Assembly (NCBI GenBank): GCA_963796285.1
Contig: CAWCKW010000007.1
Location: 1-17,613 of the forward strand
DNA: 17,613 bases
Reading direction: 5' to 3'
From: Nitrospirota bacterium
GTDB lineage: Bacteria; Nitrospirota; UBA9217
Position 1 is the first letter of the stretch; each line of letters starts with the position of its first letter. Of the stretch, positions 1-8,785 are shown one piece after another. Both the position numbers and the translations under genes were made by a program. Under the pieces are notes generated by a model, which made no database searches, was not told where the DNA came from, and saw nothing but the letters and a program-made list of their open reading frames with translations.

Positions 1-28
1 TAGCGGGAAAAGTGCGAAGTTACAAAAT

Positions 29-67
29 AAGGCTGAAGGGAGCTGATCCCTTCGGCCTTTTCTTTTT
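29..67. terminator. Intrinsic terminator, probably bidirectional
   Basis: Stem AAGGCTGAAGGGA (29-41) / TCCCTTCGGCCTT (47-59) with one G-U pair on +, followed by a T-rich run. It lies just past the stop of the minus-strand gene at 91. Confidence 0.75.
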
Positions 68-90
68 GCGCGATCCGAAAGAGACCGACC

Positions 91-912
91 TTACGCAAGT
101 TCGCTCTTCCCGTCCGTGTGCCTGTACATGATCCGCTCGAGCATGCGCACGATACCGGTCGCCATGGTGAAAAGCGACTCCACGGGGAGGTTCCGCTCGG
201 CGGTGTCGTCGAAGAAGAGGTGAAGCTGCGACTCCATGCCGTCCTCCGGTCTCCAGTAGCAGACGAGCATCGGCACCCGCGGCAGGGGAAAGAGGACCAC
301 GGCGATGTCGGAATTGAAGGCGCGGACCGCGGAGGTCCCGCCGAACATGCTCACGAGGGCCTCGAACAGATCGCTGTGGCCGTCCGCGATTCGCTTCAGC
401 GGCTTCTCGCACCGCTGCTCGAAGAGCGGATTCCAGGTCTTTCCCCGCGGGAGTTCCCGGAAGGGCACCCACCTGCCGGAGGGCTCCGCTCCCTCGCACG
501 TAAGAATATAATCAAGCAGCGGCAGGGTGAACCACGCGTGGGTGTGGCACTGCGACACGACAGCGCCCTGCCCGTCGACCTCGAAATCCTTGCCCAGACA
601 CGTGATCGTAATGCTCCTGCCGTTGCTTGCGGCGCCGAGCAGCCTTGCCCGGGAAACAATGTCCCGCTTCGCGATCTTCTCTTTCAGCACCTTCAGCTGT
701 TCATCCCTGATGCTCTCGATATTGACCTGCCTGCTGATCGCGCCTCCAAGCCGGGCAAGCGTTGCCTGATCCAGGCGCGGGCAGTCGGCTGGCCGCATGT
801 CCTCTTTGAGGACCGCGGCAGCAAAGGCAAGGCAAGTCGCGATGCCGCACTCGCCGCAATTCGTCTTCGGGAGGAGCGCATAGATCTCGAGGGGGGTCTT
901 GAACCGGGTCAT
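91..912 (-). CDS. DUF3786-type protein with N-terminal putative Fe-S cluster domain
   Basis: N-terminal LPKTNCGECGIATCLAFA...DCP (CxxCxxxxC...CP) matches the small FeS domain seen in RnfB/AcsC-type proteins. The C-terminal motifs W.PFRELP.G, LFPLPRVP and LFFD are typical of DUF3786. Confidence 0.8.
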   Translation of the reverse strand: MTRFKTPLEIYALLPKTNCGECGIATCLAFAAAVLKEDMRPADCPRLDQATLARLGGAISRQVNIESIRDEQLKVLKEKIAKRDIVSRARLLGAASNGRSITITCLGKDFEVDGQGAVVSQCHTHAWFTLPLLDYILTCEGAEPSGRWVPFRELPRGKTWNPLFEQRCEKPLKRIADGHSDLFEALVSMFGGTSAVRAFNSDIAVVLFPLPRVPMLVCYWRPEDGMESQLHLFFDDTAERNLPVESLFTMATGIVRMLERIMYRHTDGKSELA

Positions 913-917
913 GGAAT

Positions 918-946
918 ATGGTACCGGGTTTCAGCGCGGAAGGCAA
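918..946 (-). promoter_or_regulatory. Sigma70-type promoter of the DUF3786 gene (probably leaderless transcript)
   Basis: On the minus strand TTGCCT-17 bp-TACCAT ends 5 nt before the ATG at 912, and there is no Shine-Dalgarno. Confidence 0.55.
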
Positions 947-1116
947 TTAGGAAGTAAAGGGATGATCGACGGGAAGCGTTAAAAAAAATGCGACTCAAGA
1001 TGGAACAACGGGCTGCAAGAAACTTGTTTTTTTCAGAACAATACCATGGTAAAAGTACTGACCTATGGGTTCCCAAAACACCCGTTACAACATCTGATCT
1101 AGCGTGTATTTTCCTT

Positions 1117-1145
1117 TTGCTTTTCTTATTTTTTGAGGGTATTCT
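1117..1145 (+). promoter_or_regulatory. Sigma70-type promoter of the REC-PilZ gene
   Basis: TTGCTT (1117-1122)-17 bp-TATTCT (1140-1145), upstream of the ATG at 1173. Confidence 0.5.
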
Positions 1146-1172
1146 GAACACTCGCCGTTCATTAAGCAGACA

Positions 1173-1925
1173 ATGGAACTAAAAAATATCGAACAGATTA
1201 CTGCCAGGCGTCAACGGTTCGTGCTCGTTGTAGAAAGCAGCGAGCGAAACCGGCGGTTCCTGTCCACGCTCCTGATACAGTTCGAATACGCACCCTACGC
1301 GGTCGGTACGGCAAAGGAGGCGGTGGACATTGTGACCGTTCTCAAACCGGTCCTGATCGTTACGGCCGGACAGATCGATGCCGATTGTAACGCAGTCGGG
1401 CTCATCACATCCATCAAGTCGGCCTACCCGGAATGCACGGCCCCTTTTATCGTGATCATCGCTCATCCCGAGCCCACGTTCGAACGGGAATGTCTGGGCG
1501 CCGGAGCGCTGACCTGCCTGCACGCGCCTGTTACGTTCGAGAACTTCTACCGGGTGATCCAAATCGCCATCGAACCCATCCCGCGCATGACCATCCGTAT
1601 CAGCACAGATGATCTGCCTGCAGCAATAAACGGTAAGAGAAAAGATGAATGCGTACAAGAGATCTCCGACGGCGGGGCTTACATCCGGACCAGCTCGTTC
1701 CATCCGCGCGACACGAAACTGCAGGTCAAGATCACGTTTCCCGACTGCGTGATATCCGCTGATGCCGTTGTTATTTACGCGAAACGGTCCGATGAGGACA
1801 AGAAGGGCCGAACAGGCATGGGACTGCAGTTCGTATCGATCTCGGAAGAGGACCAGAAGCGCATACGCCTGTTCATCAGGCGCGAGATGTCCAAAGGCAT
1901 CAATCCCACGCCACCTGCACGATAG
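1173..1925 (+). CDS. Degenerate response-regulator receiver domain fused to a C-terminal PilZ domain
   Basis: N-terminal CheY-like pattern (VLVVESSE...KPVLIVT...PFIVI...GAGALTCLHAP). C-terminal PilZ motifs RxxxR (RMTIR), EISDGGAYI and GMGLQF. Confidence 0.75.
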   Translation: MELKNIEQITARRQRFVLVVESSERNRRFLSTLLIQFEYAPYAVGTAKEAVDIVTVLKPVLIVTAGQIDADCNAVGLITSIKSAYPECTAPFIVIIAHPEPTFERECLGAGALTCLHAPVTFENFYRVIQIAIEPIPRMTIRISTDDLPAAINGKRKDECVQEISDGGAYIRTSSFHPRDTKLQVKITFPDCVISADAVVIYAKRSDEDKKGRTGMGLQFVSISEEDQKRIRLFIRREMSKGINPTPPAR

Positions 1926-2012
1926 TTCCCGCCGCATCGCCATCATTCCGTCCAGGGATGTCAATTCTGAAGTCCGACCCTTAATCTTTTGAAAAACGCA
2001 GAAAGCAATGCC

Positions 2013-2052
2013 ATAAACAAAAAGGCCCTGGAATTCTCGGGCCTTTGTTTAT
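2013..2052. terminator. Bidirectional intrinsic terminator between convergent REC-PilZ and tag
   Basis: ATAAACAAAAAGGCCC-loop-GGGCCTTTGTTTAT, with T-rich tails on both strands. Confidence 0.7.
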
Positions 2053-2096
2053 TACATTGGAGACATGCCAATAAGAATAAGTGATACGCTGTGTCA

Positions 2097-2201
2097 TAGT
2101 CAAACATTAGAGACCTAACCCTATGAGGTACTATTGCCTTACCCTCATGGGAGCAAGGGTCTCAACTTTACGGGTGCTGAAAGACAACGGGAAGTTTTTT
2201 T
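2097..2201 (+). ncRNA. Candidate structured small RNA, family unassigned
   Basis: Extended -10 TGATACGCT (2082-2090). Hairpin GAGACC/GGTCTC plus CCTATGAGG/CCTCATGGG (2110-2163). Second hairpin AACTTT/GAAGTT (2164-2196) ending in T7. Confidence 0.35.
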
Positions 2202-2268
2202 GCATCTGTAGGCGGGGCTACACATCACAGACCGACATCATTTGGTTCTTCCCCAGCGCCCCCGAGCT

Positions 2269-2841
2269 TCAGCCCTTTTTCCGATACCGGAAACAATCGA
2301 CGACATGGTCGTTGACCATTCCCACAGCCTGCATGAAGGAATAGCAGATGGTCGGTCCGACGAACTTGAACCCCCGTTTCTTGAGGTCCCTGCTCATGGC
2401 TTCAGCCTCAGGTGTAGTTACGGGTATCTCTGCAAGACGTTGGCATGCGTGGCGGATCTGCTTTCCGCCCACGAAGCGCCAGAGGTACGCGTCCAGCGAA
2501 CCGAACTCCTTCTGGGTCTCCAGGACCAGCCGGGCATTGGTTATGGCGGCCTCGATCTTTAACCGGTTGCGGATGATGCTTTCATCCTTCAGCAGCCGCT
2601 GCTTGTCCCGAATCGTGAACCGCGCCACGACCGCGGGGTCGAAACTCCGAAAGGCCTTCCGATAGTTCTCGCGCTTCTTGAGCACCGTGGACCAGGACAA
2701 CCCGGCCTGCGCGCCCTCCAGTACGAGGAACTCGAAAAGCTTCCGGTCATCATGGAGCGGCACGCCCCATTCCTCGTCATGATAAGCGATCATCAGCGGA
2801 TCGTCTGACGTCCATGAGCAGCGTTTGACATTCTTCTTCAT
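2269..2841 (-). CDS. tag: DNA-3-methyladenine glycosylase I
   Basis: RCSW...YHDEEWG, LEGAQAGLSW, IIRNRLKI, GFKFVGPTICYSFMQAVGMVNDH..C, including the Zn ligands. Confidence 0.96.
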   Translation of the reverse strand: MKKNVKRCSWTSDDPLMIAYHDEEWGVPLHDDRKLFEFLVLEGAQAGLSWSTVLKKRENYRKAFRSFDPAVVARFTIRDKQRLLKDESIIRNRLKIEAAITNARLVLETQKEFGSLDAYLWRFVGGKQIRHACQRLAEIPVTTPEAEAMSRDLKKRGFKFVGPTICYSFMQAVGMVNDHVVDCFRYRKKG

Positions 2842-2928
2842 GACAACTCACTTTCTTGAACCGGGTCATAAACCGGTTTTTGCGCAGAAGCAATCGGAAT
2901 GTATAAGGATGGTCCCCTGAAACGAAAG

Positions 2929-2950
2929 GCCGGAGAAATTTCTCTCCGGC
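2929..2950 (-). terminator. Hairpin downstream of the VOC gene, possible terminator
   Basis: GCCGGAGA-6 nt-TCTCCGGC, followed on the minus strand by an interrupted T tract (CTTTCGTTTC). Confidence 0.5.
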
Positions 2951-2993
2951 GATGATCGTTTAAACGTACGTAACACTGGACTCGACCAAATAG

Positions 2994-3473
2994 TTAGGCG
3001 GTCTTTCGCGTTGATCGAGCCTTTGGCTTGGCCTTTGCCTTGGATTTGAGCTTAGTTGCTTTACGTTTCTTCGGCGCATGCCAATTAAAAGGGATGGGCT
3101 GAAGCATACTTACGCGGTTACCCTCCGGGTCGATGAACGATACATAGTGTCCGACGTTCGGAATTTCCATGGGTTCCCCCAGCACCTTACCACCCGCGGC
3201 TTGCACTTTCTTGATCGATCTCTTGATATCGTCAACTGCGATAACGACGGACGGATATTGCGCGGGCCAATCGGGTTTTCTCGGGTAAAAGCCGCCGTTG
3301 ATCCTTCCGGGTTTTTTGGGGCCTTTCTCGTCGGTTTCCGTGGTGGCTGCAGTAACATAATTACCCATCTCCTCGCCAAACATCCGCGTCTTCCAGCCAA
3401 AAGCCGATTTATAGAACTTCGCCATACGCACCCGATCGTCGAACGGCATCTCAAAGTGTACAACGGGATCCAT
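2994..3473 (-). CDS. VOC (glyoxalase/bleomycin-resistance) family protein with Lys/Ala-rich C-terminal tail
   Basis: MDPVVHFEMP...FY..AFGW, INGGF, IAVDDI...AAGGKVLGEPMEIP.VG....FIDPEGN. Strong SD AAAGGAGG. Confidence 0.9.
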   Translation of the reverse strand: MDPVVHFEMPFDDRVRMAKFYKSAFGWKTRMFGEEMGNYVTAATTETDEKGPKKPGRINGGFYPRKPDWPAQYPSVVIAVDDIKRSIKKVQAAGGKVLGEPMEIPNVGHYVSFIDPEGNRVSMLQPIPFNWHAPKKRKATKLKSKAKAKPKARSTRKTA

Positions 3474-3514
3474 AATGTATCCTCCTTTGAATTGGAATAG
3501 GGCTTGTCGATAAA

Positions 3515-3543
3515 ACTATATCGCACGGAGCATCTGAAGTCAA
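3515..3543 (-). promoter_or_regulatory. Sigma70-type promoter of the VOC gene
   Basis: On the minus strand TTGACT-17 bp-TATAGT, close to consensus. Confidence 0.65.
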
Positions 3544-3603
3544 ACACAGGTGAAATATTCAGAGGGAGATCGATACGTCAAGGCAGGATATCCGTCAAGC
3601 GCC

Positions 3604-4146
3604 TTAGGGCGCCTTTTTCGCGAGAGCCATGATCTCCTGCACTGTTTTCCAGTTGCGACCGGTCACGGGAACGCCGAGCAGCCGTTCAGCACTTGCTGCG
3701 AGCTTTGACCTGCCGACCCCATCCGGGGCATGCAGATAGAAGAGCCTGCCCTTCAGTTCGAACCGTTCGCTCGCTGCTTTGATCTGCTCAAGCTTCTTGA
3801 GATCGGGTGCTTTGGGTGCGGACATGAGAAAGAGAACATGCAGGGTCTTAGGATCGGATTCGGCTTCCGGGAAGGGGTTGCTGGTGATCGCTTTACTCAG
3901 GTCCTTCGGCTCCAGGAGAAGCACCTGCGGCGCAAAACCTTGTGTCTTCTTGATCTCAGCGCTCATTCTGTCGGCAAGTTGGGAGGCATTCCTATCCTCG
4001 CATTGGAAAATCACGTTTCCGCTTTGTATATAGGTCCGGATCTTCTGAAGGCCCAGGCGCTGAAGGATCAGCACCAGGTCCTTCATCGGGAGAAGGTTAT
4101 GTCCGCCGATGTTGATTCCGCGAAAGAGTGCGATATAGGTCATCAT
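3604..4146 (-). CDS. DUF1697 domain-containing protein
   Basis: YIALFRGINIGG, TYIQSGNV, NPF and C-terminal T.RNW.TV are DUF1697 signatures. The start is moved to the ATG at 4146 (or 4143), which follows a GGGGAGG SD. Confidence 0.9.
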   Translation of the reverse strand: MMTYIALFRGINIGGHNLLPMKDLVLILQRLGLQKIRTYIQSGNVIFQCEDRNASQLADRMSAEIKKTQGFAPQVLLLEPKDLSKAITSNPFPEAESDPKTLHVLFLMSAPKAPDLKKLEQIKAASERFELKGRLFYLHAPDGVGRSKLAASAERLLGVPVTGRNWKTVQEIMALAKKAP

Positions 4147-4188
4147 CCGATGCCCCTCCCCCACGTGTAGAGGATATCCATGGAACCC

Positions 4189-4224
4189 CTTAAGGGTCAC
4201 CCCTTTAAATGGGTGACCCTTAAG
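4189..4224. repeat. Near-perfect 36-bp palindrome
   Basis: CTTAAGGGTCACCC-CTTTAAAT-GGGTGACCCTTAAG: perfect 14-bp arms with a self-complementary TTTAAA core. Confidence 0.85.
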
Positions 4225-4289
4225 ATTCTCTCTGATTAAAATGCCAGGACTATTTCGCGCACAGACGTCGAGCTTGCGGGCCGTGCACC

Positions 4290-4676
4290 CTATCGCTTCC
4301 TTCTTCTCGCCGCCGCATCAGTAGACGTCTGCTTGACCCTGAGGAGCACCACTCTCTTGATAAGGGCGTAAGGGATAGCTTGATCGAGCGGGAACTTGAG
4401 ATTGCCTTTTGGGCCTGCATAGGGCAAGAGCGCCTTTTCGAGCTTTGCATCGCCGGACACCGGCGGATAGAGACCGATGTGATTCTTGAAGGCTGCGAAA
4501 TACACCAAGATGCCGTTGAGCCTGAACGCGGGCATGCGGTAACTGATGAGTTCCTCCGCCCCGGGTGCGGCGTTGCCGATGGTTCGTCGGATCTTCCTGA
4601 GGATCGGCTGCACCTCGGAGGGGGACGCCGCGATGTACTCGTCGATGCTTGTTGGGGCCGTTTTACGGATGGACAT
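4290..4676 (-). CDS. DUF1801 (YdhG-like) domain protein
   Basis: SIDEYI...LRKIRRTI..AAPGAEELISYRMPAF...LVYFAAFKNHIGLYP...KGNLKFPLDQ.IPY.LI. Confidence 0.9.
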   Translation of the reverse strand: MSIRKTAPTSIDEYIAASPSEVQPILRKIRRTIGNAAPGAEELISYRMPAFRLNGILVYFAAFKNHIGLYPPVSGDAKLEKALLPYAGPKGNLKFPLDQAIPYALIKRVVLLRVKQTSTDAAARRRKR

Positions 4677-4766
4677 GATGATTCCCTCGTCTCAGGGCAT
4701 ACAATTTTCTGAGAGACGTAAACGATGTTGAGCGGTGACTCCTGCTTACGATAAGAGATTGGCACC

Positions 4767-5351
4767 TCACGATGCGGTTCGCCGATAGCGCATGAACACG
4801 ACGCCTGTCGGAAGGGGTGACGCCTCAACCAATTTCAAGTCGAGGCGCTTTCCCTCCGGATACAATCGCTTGCCACCACCCAGCACGAGAGGATAGACGT
4901 GCAGACGGTACTCATCAACCAGATCATTCTGCGCCAGCACCCGGGCCAACACGCTGCTCCCGTCGACAAGGATGTTCTTGCCGGGCTGCTGCTTGAGCTG
5001 GCGTACGGTTTCAACGATATTGTCGCGTATGATGGTAGAGTTACGCCAAGCCGAGGCGGACTTCAAAGTGGTGGACACCACGTACTTGCGGATGTTGTTC
5101 ATCGCATCGCCAAATGAATCGCCTACCATCGGTTCAAACGCGTTGCCGTGGATTTGCCAGGTCTTTCGGCCTAACAAGAGTGCATCGGCTTGGGACATCG
5201 CCTGAAAGAAGTGAGCGCCGATATCATCGTGCCAATACGGCCACGTCCAGCCGCCATGGGTAAATCCGCCTTCAGTGTCTTCATCCGCGCCGCCTGGCGC
5301 CTGGATCACGCCGTCCAGTGTGATGAATTCAGCGATGATAAGTTCTCTCAT
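4767..5351 (-). CDS. Dihydrofolate reductase family (RibD C-terminal domain) protein
   Basis: FITLDGVIQAPGG, LLLGRKTW, KYVVSTTL, GSSVL, LVDEYRLHVYPLVLGGGKRL. SD AAGGAGG. Confidence 0.92.
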   Translation of the reverse strand: MRELIIAEFITLDGVIQAPGGADEDTEGGFTHGGWTWPYWHDDIGAHFFQAMSQADALLLGRKTWQIHGNAFEPMVGDSFGDAMNNIRKYVVSTTLKSASAWRNSTIIRDNIVETVRQLKQQPGKNILVDGSSVLARVLAQNDLVDEYRLHVYPLVLGGGKRLYPEGKRLDLKLVEASPLPTGVVFMRYRRTAS

Positions 5352-5388
5352 ATTTTCCTCCTTAACCGTGAAAAAGTTTCTCGTAAAA

Positions 5389-5416
5389 AGTATACCTCAG
5401 GTTTATTCAAAGTCAA
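5389..5416 (-). promoter_or_regulatory. Sigma70-type promoter of the DHFR-like gene
   Basis: On the minus strand TTGACT-16 bp-TATACT. Confidence 0.55.
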
Positions 5417-5506
5417 ACAAACATGAGGTCTTGATAGGGATCATACGAGATGAAGTATTGTTAGTTGCCGAAAATGTCTCCCGGAACCGCAGCGAGTGAC
5501 CTCCCC

Positions 5507-5535
5507 TTGCCTTCACGTCCTATTCATGATAATTT
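5507..5535 (+). promoter_or_regulatory. Sigma70-type promoter of the GNAT gene (probably leaderless transcript)
   Basis: TTGCCT-17 bp-TAATTT with an extended -10 TG, 6 nt before the ATG at 5542. No SD. Confidence 0.5.
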
Positions 5536-5541
5536 CCGCAC

Positions 5542-6311
5542 ATGCATGAAGAAGCCGTCCAATTGATCGATCTGACCCATGGTGCTCCGGAATTCGATCA
5601 AGCATACGCTATTCTTAGTTCGGACATCGCCCCTGAGTTCATGGAGACAGCGGAATTCCTGAGGAACCGTCTCCGCGTCAGGGACGAGGGACCGAAGACG
5701 GATGCTGAGAAGATATTGCTTCCGCAAGGCTATACGCTTCACTTGATCGCGGCACTCCAGGACGGCAAGGTCCTGGGAGCGGTCTATGGGCACCTGATCG
5801 CCGATATCGGCCCTGATAACCAAGGCATCGGATTTGTCACCTATGTCGCTGTCCACCAGGAACGCCGCAAACAAGGCATCGGGACGATGCTTCTCAAGGC
5901 ACTCACAACAAGGGTCAATGAAGACGCACGCACGCTCTGCAACAAGCTGATCATCGGGATGGTGTATGAGATAGAGGAGACGGGCAAGGAAGCGATCAAG
6001 GGTTGCGTAAGCAGGCTGAAAGCCAGGCCGCTTGATGTCGTCTATTATCAGCCGGCGGTGAGATCGGGCATGTACCGGAGCGGATGGACCTGTGGTATCA
6101 GCCATGCAGGCCTGAACTATCAGCAGGCACAGCCGCAGGAACATTCAAGCTGCCTGCGGACATTCTCATCTCGATCGTGCGGAACATGCTGGTGAAGGAA
6201 TATGTCGGCCCGGAAATGAAGGGATTTGATCCAGCAGGTGAACCCTATACGAAGTTTCTCCGGTCCGTCGGCAAGAGGAAGGAAATCGGGTTCTCGGTCC
6301 GCCGGTATTAA
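5542..6311 (+). pseudogene. GNAT family N-acetyltransferase, frameshifted near 6070 (pseudogene or sequence error)
   Basis: Acetyl-CoA motif A YVAVHQERRKQGIGTMLL. After YYQPAVRSG the protein-like sequence continues in another frame (VPERMDLWYQP...VRRY*). Confidence 0.7.
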
Positions 6312-6406
6312 GTATTGACGTGCTCGAGGCTTAAGTCATCCCTTTTTCGCTTATTACCATTCAGCTTTGATACGAATTACAGGAAGGTAATAATAGACTA
6401 TGTAAT

Positions 6407-6442
6407 AAAAAACGGCCGGAGAGATAAATCTCTCCGGCCGTT
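6407..6442 (-). terminator. Intrinsic terminator of groESL
   Basis: AACGGCCGGAGAGAT/ATCTCTCCGGCCGTT 15-bp inverted repeat with a T tract on the minus strand, about 30 nt after the groEL stop. Confidence 0.88.
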
Positions 6443-6473
6443 ATGCATTCCTCGTGAAAGGAAACTTTTATTC

Positions 6474-8144
<1,671 letters not shown>

Positions 8145-8189
8145 TCAATACGTTGTTTGATTCATCCAATACAGTAACCTTCAGGAACC

Positions 8190-8456
8190 TTAGCTCAGAA
8201 CGCCGAGCACGTCTTCTTCTTTTACGATCAGGTACTCGATATTGTCGAGATTGATCTTGGAGCCGGAGTACCGGTCAAAGAGGATTTTGTCGCCAACCTT
8301 GAGGGACTTTACATCATCGCCCACGGCCTCAACCTTTCCACTCTGCGGCTTCTCTTTCGCCGAGTCGGGAATGTACAGACCTCCCGCGGTCTTCTCCAGT
8401 TCCGCTGTGTAGCTTACGAACACCCTGTCTTTCAATGGCTTGAATTTGACACTCAT
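8190..8456 (-). CDS. groS: Co-chaperonin GroES (short form)
   Basis: KPLKDRV, KTAGGLYIPDSAKEKP, KVGDKILF..YSG, EEDVLG. Directly upstream of groEL, with SD AAGGAG. Confidence 0.98.
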   Translation of the reverse strand: MSVKFKPLKDRVFVSYTAELEKTAGGLYIPDSAKEKPQSGKVEAVGDDVKSLKVGDKILFDRYSGSKINLDNIEYLIVKEEDVLGVLS

Positions 8457-8503
8457 ATGCTCAACTCCTTTCGTGAATTGTACGTTTTATTATAGCAGAA
8501 AAC

Positions 8504-8530
8504 TTAGCACTCGTTTGAGGCGAGTGCTAA
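8504..8530. promoter_or_regulatory. CIRCE element (HrcA operator)
   Basis: Exact consensus TTAGCACTC-N9-GAGTGCTAA upstream of groES. Confidence 0.98.
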
Positions 8531-8557
8531 TATAGGGCTGAGGGCTAAAAAAAGCAA
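8529..8557 (-). promoter_or_regulatory. Sigma70-type groESL promoter overlapping CIRCE
   Basis: On the minus strand TTGCTT-17 bp-TATATT. The -10 overlaps the first CIRCE arm. Confidence 0.75.
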
Positions 8558-8715
8558 ACCCTAAATTAAGCGATTATAGACAATTCTATCCAGATATTAC
8601 AGGATTTTGGTAAAAATTGTGGAATTACTGGTTTTTTGAAGTAATTTAACAAACCCCGCATAAATAGTATCTCTTGGCAAGTTGAACCCGGTTGTTTATT
8701 GTCCCCAGCAAGTAC

Positions 8716-8750
8716 AAAAAAGAAAAGCAGGGAAGATATCCCTGCTTTTC
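8716..8750 (-). terminator. Intrinsic terminator after ctpA
   Basis: GAAAAGCAGGGA/TCCCTGCTTTTC 12-bp stem followed by a T run on the minus strand. Confidence 0.85.
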
Positions 8751-8785
8751 CAATTCATTAGCCTTTTTCTCTCGAATCTCTTTTT

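Noticed and set aside
2164-2200. GGTGC...AACGGGAAG resembles the start of a cobalamin riboswitch, and ACGGGT...GACAAC resembles part of a c-di-GMP-I riboswitch
   Set aside because: The downstream B12 box and the GGCAAA/CGCAAA elements are absent, and no gene follows on this strand.
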